A stretch of DNA of 61,328 nt from a virus (IMGVR_UViG_3300042894_001948), one strand, 5' to 3'. Shown: positions 30,133-40,405, counted from the first letter of the stretch. Program-made: numbers and translations. The notes: generated by a model not told the origin, from the sequence alone.

Positions 30133-30522
30133 TTAACTTTCTCCAGCTGCTGCAGTATTATCATCTTCAGATTTTGCTTTCTTCTTTGGCGGTTTAGGAT
30201 CGTCCATACGAACAGCTTTATCAAATTGTTTAGATGCTTCACGCTCTACTTTAACTTGTTCAAGTACACGATCACTTTCAATAATCTTACCACGTAAATG
30301 TAATACGGTATTTACCTTTTGAGTTAATCTGATTAGATCATTATCTAACATACGAATACGATCAATAAGTGCAATTAATACAGTATTAGCTTCACTTAAA
30401 ACTGGTTTAACTTCTTTAGTAGACCATTCCCACACATAACGTATAATATATCCCATTCCGACTGCCATAACAATAGGAAAACCATATTTATTTACAACAG
30501 CTACAATTTCACTCGGATCCAT
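30133..30522 (-). CDS. Small membrane protein (GFPI motif), paralogue of 30718-30999
   Basis: KYGFPIVMAVGMGY...LIDRIRMLDNDLIRL. Confidence 0.65.
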   Translation of the reverse strand: MDPSEIVAVVNKYGFPIVMAVGMGYIIRYVWEWSTKEVKPVLSEANTVLIALIDRIRMLDNDLIRLTQKVNTVLHLRGKIIESDRVLEQVKVEREASKQFDKAVRMDDPKPPKKKAKSEDDNTAAAGES

Positions 30523-30706
30523 TTTCTGCTCCGGGAGTATACTTTTTAATTACTTTAACTTTTCTTAAAACTGGACGACTACCATCAGTTGTACGGTCTA
30601 ATCTAAAATAAGAACCATCTTCCCATCCTAAACTATCAAAATCAATCTCTTCATCTAAGATCATTCCAAACTCAAACAGTTGCCAAACATAATCTATGTA
30701 ATGCAT
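30509..30706 (-). CDS. Hypothetical protein
   Basis: In operon; AGGA SD. Confidence 0.55.
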   Translation of the reverse strand: MHYIDYVWQLFEFGMILDEEIDFDSLGWEDGSYFRLDRTTDGSRPVLRKVKVIKKYTPGAENGSE

Positions 30707-30717
30707 ATTAATTCCTT

Positions 30718-30999
30718 TTAGTCTCGACGCGCATCATTTTTTCCGTCAGCACGTGATATCCGTTCTACATCAGGTTTTAACCCTAATGCATTAGACACAA
30801 TAGTGTCTATACGGATTACATCGTGGTTCATTGTTTTAACGCGGTTATCTAATGCTACGATAATACCTGCCATTCCTTTGATACTTCCTAATACACCGCC
30901 AAGCAATAGCTTAATGGTTAGGTATACGAAATACCCACCAGCAAATGCTACTGCAATAGGAAAGCCTAACTCTCCAATTAGTTTAAATACTTCATGCAT
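30718..30999 (-). CDS. Small membrane protein (GFPI motif)
   Basis: ELGFPIAVAFAGGY...LDNRVKTMNHDVIRID; GGAG SD. Confidence 0.65.
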   Translation of the reverse strand: MHEVFKLIGELGFPIAVAFAGGYFVYLTIKLLLGGVLGSIKGMAGIIVALDNRVKTMNHDVIRIDTIVSNALGLKPDVERISRADGKNDARRD

Positions 31000-31101
31000 C
31001 CTTGCACTCCTTTTTGTATACTGTATTTATCCGCAAAACCGTATTTAAAATACACAGTTAATTTCAGTTATAAATAAATTTATATTAAAAGGAATGGTCT
31101 A

Positions 31102-32082
31102 ATGACAGTTGATTTAAATAAATTTGATAACGATCTTACTAAACGGCATTTGCATAATCGCATGGGGAGAGAATATTGGGTATGGAGAGATGATAGATTG
31201 TATGAACAACGATTTGGAACATGTAATGGGCCATATCAAGTTCGTAACATACAAATGTTGAGACTTTGTAAACCAAAAGCTAGAACAATCGTAGACATCG
31301 GTATGAACGTAGGTAATAATACTATGGAATACGCAACATGGGCTAACACAGTACATGGCTTTGAACCATTTACCCCTACTTTTGAACTAGCAGAAGTTAA
31401 CGTAGCACTAAACAAAACTTTAAAACTAAAAGGAAGATACTATCCTATTAGAGAAGAAGATAAACAAGATGGTTGGTGGAAACAAGAAAATGGTACGTTT
31501 GCTAGTTTAGATATAATTGCAGATGTACATATACATAACAAAGGGTTAGGTCATATTGCAGGAATAATGAAGATTGAGAACCATCCGTTCAATGCAGGAC
31601 ATAACTGTATTGTAGAAGGAGATCGTTTAGCACAAACTAAATACGAAGTTTTTGATGTTGAAATTGTCACACTTGATAGTCAAAACTTAACAGAAGTAGA
31701 CTGCATTAAAGTAGACTGCGAAGGTTACGAGTTTAACGTACTCAAAGGTGCAGAACACACTATTAGAACACAACGCCCTATTGTACAATTAGAAATTGTT
31801 GATACACAATGTAAAAGATTTGGTTATAGCCCGCAAGATCTTTATGATTACTTTACAAAAACTATAGGTAACTATCGTGTTTGTGATTTTATGGGACGTG
31901 ATATTGGTCAAGAATGGGAAAAGATGAAAGGAGTAATGGATAGATTTTTTGTTCCGGAAGAACTTTACCAAAGCGTTTTAGCAAATCGTGAAATTAAAAA
32001 AGTTACACATGCTGGAATGATTAACTCTCCTAAGAAGAAAACTCCATTTAAAAAGAGAACAACTAATACTGTTAACAAATAA
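31102..32082 (+). CDS. FkbM-family methyltransferase
   Basis: IVDIGMNVG, HGFEPF, CIKVDCEGYEFNVLKGA. Confidence 0.88.
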   Translation: MTVDLNKFDNDLTKRHLHNRMGREYWVWRDDRLYEQRFGTCNGPYQVRNIQMLRLCKPKARTIVDIGMNVGNNTMEYATWANTVHGFEPFTPTFELAEVNVALNKTLKLKGRYYPIREEDKQDGWWKQENGTFASLDIIADVHIHNKGLGHIAGIMKIENHPFNAGHNCIVEGDRLAQTKYEVFDVEIVTLDSQNLTEVDCIKVDCEGYEFNVLKGAEHTIRTQRPIVQLEIVDTQCKRFGYSPQDLYDYFTKTIGNYRVCDFMGRDIGQEWEKMKGVMDRFFVPEELYQSVLANREIKKVTHAGMINSPKKKTPFKKRTTNTVNK

Positions 32083-32086
32083 ACAC

Positions 32087-32220
32087 TTGACATTTATTAA
32101 AATACTGCTATAATATACAACATACGCAACACACTTAAAGCATTGTATAACATTTGCTCAGGATTGAAAACCAAACCGCTACATATCTGTAGCTTAATAC
32201 ATTATTCATTAGTGTGTTGC
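32087..32220 (+). promoter_or_regulatory. Early promoter plus structured 5' leader
   Basis: TTGACA...TATAAT; gcaacacac/gtgtgttgc closing stem; internal gctaca/tgtagc hairpin. Confidence 0.55.
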
Positions 32221-32255
32221 TATTTTATTTTTTTTTAATTTTATAGGAGTATTTT

Positions 32256-33358
32256 ATGTCTTTATTACTTGAAGAAGCACCAGTTGTAACTAAAAAAGAA
32301 GAACTAACTACAGAACACCGTGATCGTTATCGCAATGCGTTACGTAATTCAAGAGAAGAGTTTTTAGCATCCGAAGCAGTTACCCAAATGCCATTCCAAG
32401 ATTGGATTGATAAAGTGTACGGGGTTGTCATGTTAAAAAATGACGATGGTTACTACACTATGAACTATGATGTTAGTGACGAAAAACGATTTATGATGTT
32501 CCAGATTAAGTATCTTACTGTTTCGTAATGAGCGGTTTACGGTATGCTGCACGTCTGCCTTACAGTGTAAGTAAGGCAGAAGTTAACGAATGGTGTACTG
32601 AAACGTTTGGACCATCTGTTGGGTTAACAAACAGCAGATGGTGTATGTTAGAGTGGACTGTTCAATTTAAAGAAGAGAAAGATCGTAACTGGTTTGTGTT
32701 GAAGTGGGGTTAAATGAAGATAACAGATTTATACGATAATTATCCTGAGTTTTATGAATTATGGAGCAGAGATGATGATAAAGAAATACTGTGTGACGAA
32801 TTTATGAGACAGCAAGGCTACACATCAGCAAAGTTTGTTATAACCAATGAAACAAGTCGTGACCAATCTGGTTATTGGTATATGGATAAAGATGATTACT
32901 TTGTATTTACTTTGCTATGGGCGGGGGAGATATTTTGATAGTACATAAACTAACATTTAAACAATGGCAATATATTGCAACACACGATAAGGTTTACTTA
33001 CCTGAAAATGTTACATCAGTACCTAGAACAAAAAATTTTGTTAAAGATAAGTTTAAAGGTGATCTTAACATGGATGTAGGTTTTGGTCACATAACATTTG
33101 AATCTGAAAAAGATTTAGCCTGGTTCTTATTAAGCATTTAACTGAGGTAACATGAAGAAACAAGTAACAAGAACAACTTATCCAGGTTGGAATAACTATC
33201 CCGTATACAGGTGTAATACATTTGATGATTACAATGAAGTGTTAACTTGGATGTTAAGGAATAAATGTAAAGAATTCTTATTACAATCTTGTAGTACTGG
33301 CGTACATGTATTCCAAGTTAAATCTAATCATGCATGGTTTGTTTTGAGATGGGAGTAA
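32256..33358 (+). CDS. Tandem array of five small related ORFs (32256-32528, 32528-32713, 32714-32938, ~32935-33141, 33152-33358)
   Basis: Shared C-terminal (E/K)xDxxWFxLxW-like ending. Confidence 0.6.
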
Positions 33359-34156
33359 TTAGTACCTATCACCAATTTTTAAAATTGTAGGTTTATCTAA
33401 TGAATAAAATATTTTAGTTAGTTCAGCAATTGAACTACTGTTGAACTTATTTTCATCAAGTCTTATTAGAGAATATTTATTTTCAATACACCATTCCTCT
33501 AATAACTTATCCTTTAACTGCTTACGAGCAAGTTGGCCATGCACTTCTTTAAAATGCCATATGCCGTCATATTCAAAACATATCTTTAATTTTTTAGAAA
33601 ATAAATCACGTACAATTGTTTCTCCATTATGTTTTAAGCCGCCGCCAAATGTCCATTCATCTTCTGGATGAGTGTTTATAAAATGATCTCTTATTAAGAC
33701 TTCATTTTTTGATGTAAATCGTTTTGATTGCGACATTACTTTTTTAGCGTATTCAGAATTTTGCCATAATGCTTTTGATCGTTCTGAGGCTTGTTTTCTT
33801 GCTTCGGAAGAATGTTTAGGTTGCACAAACCCATTGTTAATTCTTGCTTTATTATTTAAACTTGTTATGCAGGATTTACTACAACCTTTCTTATATGTAT
33901 TAGACACTAATTTTTCATAAGTAAATGTGTTACCACACTGTTTACATGTATCAGTAATTACATGCCGAGGGGTTTTTATTTTTTGAAGATATGATTCATC
34001 ATTATATCTTCCATGATTACCAGATGGATATTTTTGTTTTTGTTCAGGTGTTCCGTGCGCACGTTCAAAATGTGTATGAATTCCGTAAATAGAAAATTCT
34101 TTTTTACAAATAATACAGGCGCAGATTGGTTTGGTATAAATAATGTTGCTGGACAT
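33359..34156 (-). mobile_element. Putative homing endonuclease, Zn-finger plus PD-(D/E)XK (Vsr/DUF559-like)
   Basis: CIICKK, CKQC, CSKSC; ICFEYDGIWHF; leader motif copy B upstream. Confidence 0.7.
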
Positions 34157-34230
34157 TGTTGTTCCTTAAAAGTTAAAAATGTTTAGAGTAGTTAGATGTT
34201 AGCGCATCGTGAACTACATTTTTATTTATC
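34157..34230 (-). promoter_or_regulatory. Homing-endonuclease leader motif, copy B
   Basis: GATAAATA-aaaat-gtagtt-cac-gatg..catc-t-aactac...AAGGA. Confidence 0.75.
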
Positions 34231-34319
34231 ATTAACACTTGACAAATATTATTTTTATGTTATAATATGCACAAGTTAACAATAATAAGCACATTAAATA
34301 TTTTAGTGTGTTTATTATT

Positions 34320-34666
34320 GTTGTAATTCCTTCAAAGTGACGGCATCAAACACTGGGGTTCGAAACCCCACATCTCCACCATAAAACACATTAGAGGTAT
34401 CGGAGTGGGGCAACAGCCGTAGACTTCCTGCCCCTCAAATGGGAAGTGATAGTGTGTTTTATAATGGGGATGAATTGGATTCGACTTGGTGAGATAATGG
34501 AGACGGCAACAGGTGAGGTGACTGTCCTAAACAGCGCAAAACTTATAGACGCAAAAGCATCTAAATTCGAGTATATGACAGTTGACTTCTCTTTGGAAGC
34601 AGCTGACATGGTAGCTTAAGAAACTACCGCTCTGGGGCATGTATGCCTTATTAACCAAAATACAAC
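34320..34666 (+). ncRNA. ssrA: Circularly permuted (two-piece) tmRNA
   Basis: Acceptor piece (T arm ggggttcgaaacccc, CATCTCC-ACCA ending 34381) precedes the coding piece (GGGGATG at 34466, G3:U70 pair, GGATTCGAC); tag ORF 34551-34619 AKASKFEYMTVDFSLEAADMVA; TTGACA/TATAAT promoter 34239-34266. Confidence 0.92.
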
Positions 34667-34667
34667 T

Positions 34668-34691
34668 AAGCACCCTTCGGGGTGCTTTTTT
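34668..34691. terminator. Bidirectional intrinsic terminator
   Basis: aagcaccc-ttcg-gggtgctttttt. Confidence 0.9.
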
Positions 34692-35883
34692 ATTGACCAT
34701 TTGATTTACTAAGGTTAATAAGTTTTTCATTCCAGTAATTGTAATAATTGATTAATTCTTGACTCATTATTTTTACAAATTTTTTATATACCGGGTATAA
34801 CTTTTTATCTTTAGGATGATTAAATGTCTTACTGAAATATTCAAATCTTCTAATTTTAATCGGGTGACCATAAACATCTTTTAACGCGGTTGGTCCATTA
34901 GACAAATTAGCAATAATCAATTTAAGTGCTTTTACTTGAGATTTTAAATGTGACACGTCTCTGCCATATTCATCAACCGAACCGCCCCATGCAAAATCTA
35001 AATGACGTATAACGCTAACTGCAGCGTCATGCGCATGTGCTGGTATTTCTTGTAACGACGAACTATATATTTTATAGTTTTCAGGCGACTTATCTAAATC
35101 TCTAATTGCATTATAAAACTTTTCTTGATTTGGCTCTACTTTACTTCTAAATTCAGTGCCTTGTTTAGTAACCAATTTGTGCTGTTTAGTATCTTTATCA
35201 AATACTCGTTTAGTTTTATATCTAGATTGAGGTGCGTGTTGTCTAATATGTACTAATTCGTGAACCATATTATCTATGTTTTTAGTGTCTAAGAAGAATT
35301 CAGCTAAACTAAAATCACCTAGTTTCAAATTTCTAAATGCAGGTTCGATTTGAAACATATCAGTTATCACAGGCACATATAGATTCTTTTGTTCAGCATT
35401 ACTCCATCCTCTGTTAACATCAGTCATTGCTTCTGTACTATATAACAAGTCTTTTAGCATATCTATATCTTGATGTTGGAAAGCATTCTTATCAGTTTCA
35501 TAGAATGTTACATAGTCATAACCAGCCGAGGCGAGGGCTCCTGGATTATTAGACTGAGGTAGAATTTGAATATGAGAAAAGTTTGTTCCACTTACATCCG
35601 CGCACACTTTAGCATATTTCTGCTGTATAACATAATGTGCTATCTTTACTATCTCTTCTAACATGTAAATAATATCACTAGGTTGCATTTTCTCATAAAA
35701 ACTACATATCCTGCCGTCGGACATATCTTTAAGGTATACTGCAATGGCATTAAATCCATTTATAGTTTCTAAGTTAAATGTAAGTCCTAACGGTTGTTCT
35801 AAAATATCATTTAACCCATTGTGCAATCCGTGTATCCAGTGAGCACCTGATATTGCTTCGCTTATAATTTCTTGTATTTTCAT
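34690..35883 (-). CDS. HExxH protein with MKIQEIISE leader
   Basis: MVHELVHIRQ; YSSSLQEIPAHAHD, similar to the motifs in 18265-19068. Confidence 0.65.
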   Translation of the reverse strand: MKIQEIISEAISGAHWIHGLHNGLNDILEQPLGLTFNLETINGFNAIAVYLKDMSDGRICSFYEKMQPSDIIYMLEEIVKIAHYVIQQKYAKVCADVSGTNFSHIQILPQSNNPGALASAGYDYVTFYETDKNAFQHQDIDMLKDLLYSTEAMTDVNRGWSNAEQKNLYVPVITDMFQIEPAFRNLKLGDFSLAEFFLDTKNIDNMVHELVHIRQHAPQSRYKTKRVFDKDTKQHKLVTKQGTEFRSKVEPNQEKFYNAIRDLDKSPENYKIYSSSLQEIPAHAHDAAVSVIRHLDFAWGGSVDEYGRDVSHLKSQVKALKLIIANLSNGPTALKDVYGHPIKIRRFEYFSKTFNHPKDKKLYPVYKKFVKIMSQELINYYNYWNEKLINLSKSNGQ

Positions 35884-35892
35884 AATTTTAAT

Positions 35893-36297
35893 TTAGCAAT
35901 TCCATTTTCTCAATGCTAATGCTTTTCTAGTTGGTTTACCTTTTTCGTCTTTCATAGGACCTTCCATACCGCCCATTCTTGCACAAAAACTCTTACGGCG
36001 TTTTGCATCTTTACTTCCAGGTTTAAGTTTACTTGGTTTAGTAGTTACTGCAGTTTGTAATTTACTTCCAGGATTTTCTCTACGATAGCTAGCAACGCCT
36101 TTCGCATTTAACCCACCATTCTTATTCTTACCTGATTTCTTCTGCCATGCTGCGGTTTCATCCATTGATTCATTTGGCACACAGTTGTTAACTCTAACAC
36201 CGCCTTTTACTTTAGTACCTTCTTTATGTTTTCCTTTCCAGCATTTGGCATCAAGTCTTGTTTTAATTTCTTCAGAGATTATTTCATGTATTTTCAT
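35893..36297 (-). CDS. Conserved phage protein (DUF6321-like) with MKIHEIISE leader
   Basis: WQKKSGKNKNGGLNAKG, RRKSFCARMGG; GGAG SD before 36297. Confidence 0.65.
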   Translation of the reverse strand: MKIHEIISEEIKTRLDAKCWKGKHKEGTKVKGGVRVNNCVPNESMDETAAWQKKSGKNKNGGLNAKGVASYRRENPGSKLQTAVTTKPSKLKPGSKDAKRRKSFCARMGGMEGPMKDEKGKPTRKALALRKWNC

Positions 36298-36673
36298 ATG
36301 GAACTCCGTGTTCGTCAGTACGTGCCATAAACACTGAACTGTATTCATTCATTCTATCAGCATGATCTTGAAACGATGCTTCTGGCATTCTTGGATTTCT
36401 AAACCCTAAATTCCAAAATACTTTTAACGATGCTATAGAGCTTACTTGTCCGCCTAACATCGGATACTTTGCTACAGCTTTTGTTAGTAACTGTGTTCCG
36501 ATTCCTTGTCCGCGTAATTCTTTAGGAACTAAGAATTCAATAACAGATTGTGGTCTAGGTGAAAACTGTGCTTTAGTATCAATATCAATTCTTGCATCAC
36601 CGATTGTGATTACATCACCGTTGTCTCGTGCTAACGAGCCATGGTGGTTTTCTAATAATTCATGTATTTTCAT
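36284..36673 (-). CDS. GNAT acetyltransferase with MKIHELLE leader
   Basis: EFLVPKELRGQGIGTQLL acetyl-CoA motif; late promoter 36681-36688. Confidence 0.75.
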   Translation of the reverse strand: MKIHELLENHHGSLARDNGDVITIGDARIDIDTKAQFSPRPQSVIEFLVPKELRGQGIGTQLLTKAVAKYPMLGGQVSSIASLKVFWNLGFRNPRMPEASFQDHADRMNEYSSVFMARTDEHGVPYENT

Positions 36674-36705
36674 AGTAATATATTTATCCGTTGGTAAAAT
36701 GAAAG

Positions 36706-37247
36706 ATGACTTTTGAAAACAGTGAGTGTATACTAGTTGAAATTATAGCTTAAGGTTGACGGGCCAATTGTAATACCGTTAGTGAACCCATTCTGATGTG
36801 TGATGGTAGCTAGTTCTGATTGCTATAGTCAGGCCTTTAAACACTACCCTTTATTGGATGCCTAAACGAGAACCCACTGGTTGCTAGCGTTTGTTTAATT
36901 GTATATGGTTGCAAAATGATTCTAAACGATGTATGAATACAATGATACGAGGTATTCTTAAAAGTCGCGGCAGGTACTGGTAAGCGTAGAGCCAAACATC
37001 GGGATCAAAATAAAAACACCTGCTATCTAAAAAAGGCTAAGAGGAACTCACATGAAAACCTTTCTTATGGTACTAGGAAACTAGTATCATTTTGACACAA
37101 AGAATCTACATGAATATAAAAAGCATTCATAATTATTAAATAATTAAAAGAAATAAAAATAAAAACATGATAAGTGAATATGAACGCTAGTGAATATGAG
37201 CTTTGAATGTTTTAGGCTTTAGCCTTTACACTTAAAATGGAATTTAA
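36706..37247 (+). ncRNA. About 500-nt ORF-free region, candidate large structured RNA or origin
   Basis: ATGACT-17 nt-TATACT promoter; hairpins tactag-gaaa-ctagta, aggct/agcct; long-range gcaggt/acctgc. Confidence 0.35.
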
Positions 37248-37946
37248 ATGAATTATCAAAAAATATATGAAAACTTAACTGCAAAAGATATGATTGCAGA
37301 ATATACAGAAAAACATCATATCATTCCTAAATGCATGGGAGGTTCTGATGACAGCAGTAATTTAGTAAGATTAACTCCTGAAGCTCATTATGTAGCACAT
37401 CAACTGCTAGTTAAGATATATCCTAATAATCCTAAGCTAATTTATGCTGCACACATGATGAATAACGGAAGATCTACTAACAAATTATACGGATGGCTTA
37501 AGAGACGACATGCAATAGCAATGTCTAATCGCGTAGTTTCAGCTGAAACTAAAGCTAAACTGAGGTTAATTAGACAAAATATGCCGCAAGAAATTCGCGA
37601 TAAAATAAGTGCTACGTTAAAACAAAGAATCCGTACGGATGACGATAAAGCTAAAATGAGTGCCATGTTTAAAGGACGAACACATACTGCTGAAACTAAA
37701 GCCAAGATGCGTGCTGCTCAGCTGATTAATCCACATAGGTTAGGTAAAAATCATACTGCTGAAACTAAAGCTAAGATGAGCGCGTCTAGAAAAGGAAAAC
37801 CGGCACATAATAAAGGAACAACCTTTTCAGCTGAAGTACGTGCAAATATGAAGAAACAAAAATCAAAATGCATACATTGTAATTTAGAAGTAAGTGCGCA
37901 CATCATGACACGATGGCACGGAGATAACTGCAAACATAAACATTGA
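37248..37946 (+). mobile_element. HNH homing endonuclease (T4 MobE-like) with NUMOD3 repeats
   Basis: EKHHIIPKCMGGSDDSSNLVRLTPEAHYVAH; HTAETKAKM repeats. Confidence 0.85.
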
Positions 37947-38003
37947 CTTTATTATAATTACACTATATAATAAACAAAATTATTATTACACATGGAGTCA
38001 TAT

Positions 38004-38171
38004 ATGAAATCACAAATATTGCGAGGTCACAACCCAGCTCCTATATTAGGTAAAGGAGGACCTCATCAATCACCTAAAGAGATAGTTCCGGAATTAGATT
38101 TTGAACTATCTGACTATTATGATTATTTAGAAGAAGGGGAAGTTGATTCCCCTGAATCTTTTTATGCTTAA
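38004..38171 (+). CDS. 55-aa hypothetical (not in ORF track)
   Basis: GGAG SD and TTGACT promoter. Confidence 0.5.
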   Translation: MKSQILRGHNPAPILGKGGPHQSPKEIVPELDFELSDYYDYLEEGEVDSPESFYA

Positions 38172-38381
38172 AGTTCCTCGTAGTACTTTTATATTTTGCT
38201 CTAATAATCATTTAGTTGCAATTACTAATAGAGATATATTTAAGAACACTATGTACGCTGACGCATTTGATTATATGCCAGGACAGCCAATACCAACACA
38301 AGGACAAACTACAAACCCAACATGCTATTGCGGCACAGATTGGTTTTCAATACCACAACACAATTTTATAGAGAGACAAGT

Positions 38382-39026
38382 ATGACAGCGTACACAGGCG
38401 AACATGAAGAATATATTGATCCATCATTAGATGATTATGATATTCATAAAATTGAAGACAAACCAGTTAATATTGGTTTAAGTATTGAGATTAACAGAAC
38501 TTGTACTAACCATTATCAGTCTGAAGAAGAATTTGGTGAGTGGAGTGAATCTTATATAAACATGTTATCTACTGTGAAACTTACTGATCATATGCCGGAC
38601 ATCGTTACAACATTAGATGTTAGAGCAGGCGATGACGTGATTGTAGTATGGGTTGAGTGGTCCACTGGAAATTCATTTGGATCAGCACATTGCGGTTCAT
38701 CTGAACCAATTGCTGTATTTAAAGATTATAAATCAGCAGCTGAATTAGAATCGTTTTTAGAAGCTTCGGAATATTATGATAAAATTGTATCTGCATGGCG
38801 CATAACTAAGTACCAAGCTGAAAAACTTATTAGCGAAGTTAATCAGCCACACAATGTTACTTATGAGTTTATTCCAGATGAAGGTACCTCCCATGGGAAA
38901 ATTAAAATGTATTTACATACTTCAGATGGCCAATCTATTAACTTTAGCTATCTGCCATGGACTGGATACTTTGACAATCTAGAACATATTAACATTAACG
39001 AAACACGTATTTCACAATTACACTAA
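38382..39026 (+). CDS. Hypothetical protein
   Basis: Likely start MTAYTG; coupled to feoA. Confidence 0.6.
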   Translation: MTAYTGEHEEYIDPSLDDYDIHKIEDKPVNIGLSIEINRTCTNHYQSEEEFGEWSESYINMLSTVKLTDHMPDIVTTLDVRAGDDVIVVWVEWSTGNSFGSAHCGSSEPIAVFKDYKSAAELESFLEASEYYDKIVSAWRITKYQAEKLISEVNQPHNVTYEFIPDEGTSHGKIKMYLHTSDGQSINFSYLPWTGYFDNLEHININETRISQLH

Positions 39027-39247
39027 TGACACTAGATCTCTTAAAGGTAAACGAAGTTGGTATTATTACTGGTTATGAAGGTAATAAATCTCGTAAACAA
39101 TTACTAGCCATGGGACTTACTCGTAACACACAAGTACAAGTAGTTAGAGTTGCTCCATTAGGAGATCCAATTGAAATTAAACTACGTGGATTTTCATTAA
39201 CACTAAGAAAAAGTGATGCGGCACAATTACATGTTAATAAAGTTTGA
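39026..39247 (+). CDS. feoA: Ferrous iron transport protein A
   Basis: LLAMGLTRNTQVQVVRVAPLGDPIEIKLRGFSLTLRKSDA. Confidence 0.92.
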   Translation: MTLDLLKVNEVGIITGYEGNKSRKQLLAMGLTRNTQVQVVRVAPLGDPIEIKLRGFSLTLRKSDAAQLHVNKV

Positions 39248-39304
39248 CAAGTGCTATACTTTATTATATAATATATTTTTATTTAATTAACACAGGAGTA
39301 CACT

Positions 39305-40405
39305 ATGCAACAAGTACACAAATCATGGCCCAGCATTAATCAGTTTAGACAAGTAGTTAGAGAAGTTAAAAGTCGTGCTACCTTTAAAGGGTTAGATGAC
39401 AATGGTGAACCAACTTTTGATCCATATGCACCTATTCCAACTTTAACGTTTGAAGGTTCAGTTAAGTCACACGGTACTAATGCTAGTGTTACTTCTATTG
39501 CCAGCAAACCAACTGGGTTTTGGGCTCAATCACGTGAACGCATTTTAACAATAGATGATGACAACTACGGTTGGGCAAAGTACACACAAGCAAATAACGG
39601 TGTGTTTACTGATCTATTAACTGCAGCACAAGATACATTAGCTAAGTTTACTATTACACATTATTCTATCTTTGGCGAATGGTGTGGTCAAGGCATTCAA
39701 AAAGGTGTAGGTATTAGCAATGTTCCTAAAATGTTTATTATCTTTGGCATTGTTGCATGGGAAGGTCCTGTTGATAACGAAGGCGAACAAACTCGCATTT
39801 ACTTTACAAAAGATCAAATTGCAGAAACTGTTGCATACGCTAAAGAGATTGTAGGGTTTAACGGTGAAGTTTGGCCAGATAACTTATACACTAAATACGA
39901 TTTCAAAACATACACAATGGATATCAACTTTAATGAACCTGAGGTTGCACAGAACATTCTTGCTGATCTTACTATTGCAGTAGAACAAGAATGTCCAATT
40001 GCTAAACAACTTGGTGCAGAAGGGGTCGGCGAGGGAATTGTGTGGCAATGTGTTACTCCGGGTTACGAACAATCACGCTTTATGTTTAAAGTTAAAGGTG
40101 AAAAACACAGTTCATCTAAAGTTAAAACACTAGCAAGTGTTGATATTGAAAAGGTTAATTCTATTAATGAGTTTGCTGATACAGTAGTTACTGAATCTAG
40201 ACTTACTCAAGGTTTAGAATACTTAAAAGTACACAACATTAGTATTGAACCTAAAAGCACTCCTGTATTCTTAAAATGGATTGCAGATGATGTTGTTAAA
40301 GAAGAAACTGATACACTTGTTGCTAGCCATCTAGAAATCAAAGATGTAATAACAAGAGTTAAATATGTTGCACGTACATGGTTTTTAGCACAGGAGGAGA
40401 TGTAA
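39305..40405 (+). CDS. RNA ligase 2-family protein
   Basis: Motif I KSHGTN, FGEWCGQGIQKG, GEGIVW, FKVKGEKH. Confidence 0.82.
   Translation: MQQVHKSWPSINQFRQVVREVKSRATFKGLDDNGEPTFDPYAPIPTLTFEGSVKSHGTNASVTSIASKPTGFWAQSRERILTIDDDNYGWAKYTQANNGVFTDLLTAAQDTLAKFTITHYSIFGEWCGQGIQKGVGISNVPKMFIIFGIVAWEGPVDNEGEQTRIYFTKDQIAETVAYAKEIVGFNGEVWPDNLYTKYDFKTYTMDINFNEPEVAQNILADLTIAVEQECPIAKQLGAEGVGEGIVWQCVTPGYEQSRFMFKVKGEKHSSSKVKTLASVDIEKVNSINEFADTVVTESRLTQGLEYLKVHNISIEPKSTPVFLKWIADDVVKEETDTLVASHLEIKDVITRVKYVARTWFLAQEEM

Noticed and set aside
34395-34450. HDV-like/theta, twister or SAM-SAH element in the tmRNA spacer
   Set aside because: It lacks the P3/L3 and P2 arrangement of HDV-like ribozymes and the twister core; only short words resemble SAM-SAH.
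36706-37247. RNase P RNA or HEARO/omega RNA
   Set aside because: No GAGGAAAGTCC or P4 signature seen; the downstream protein is a MobE-like HNH, not IscB.
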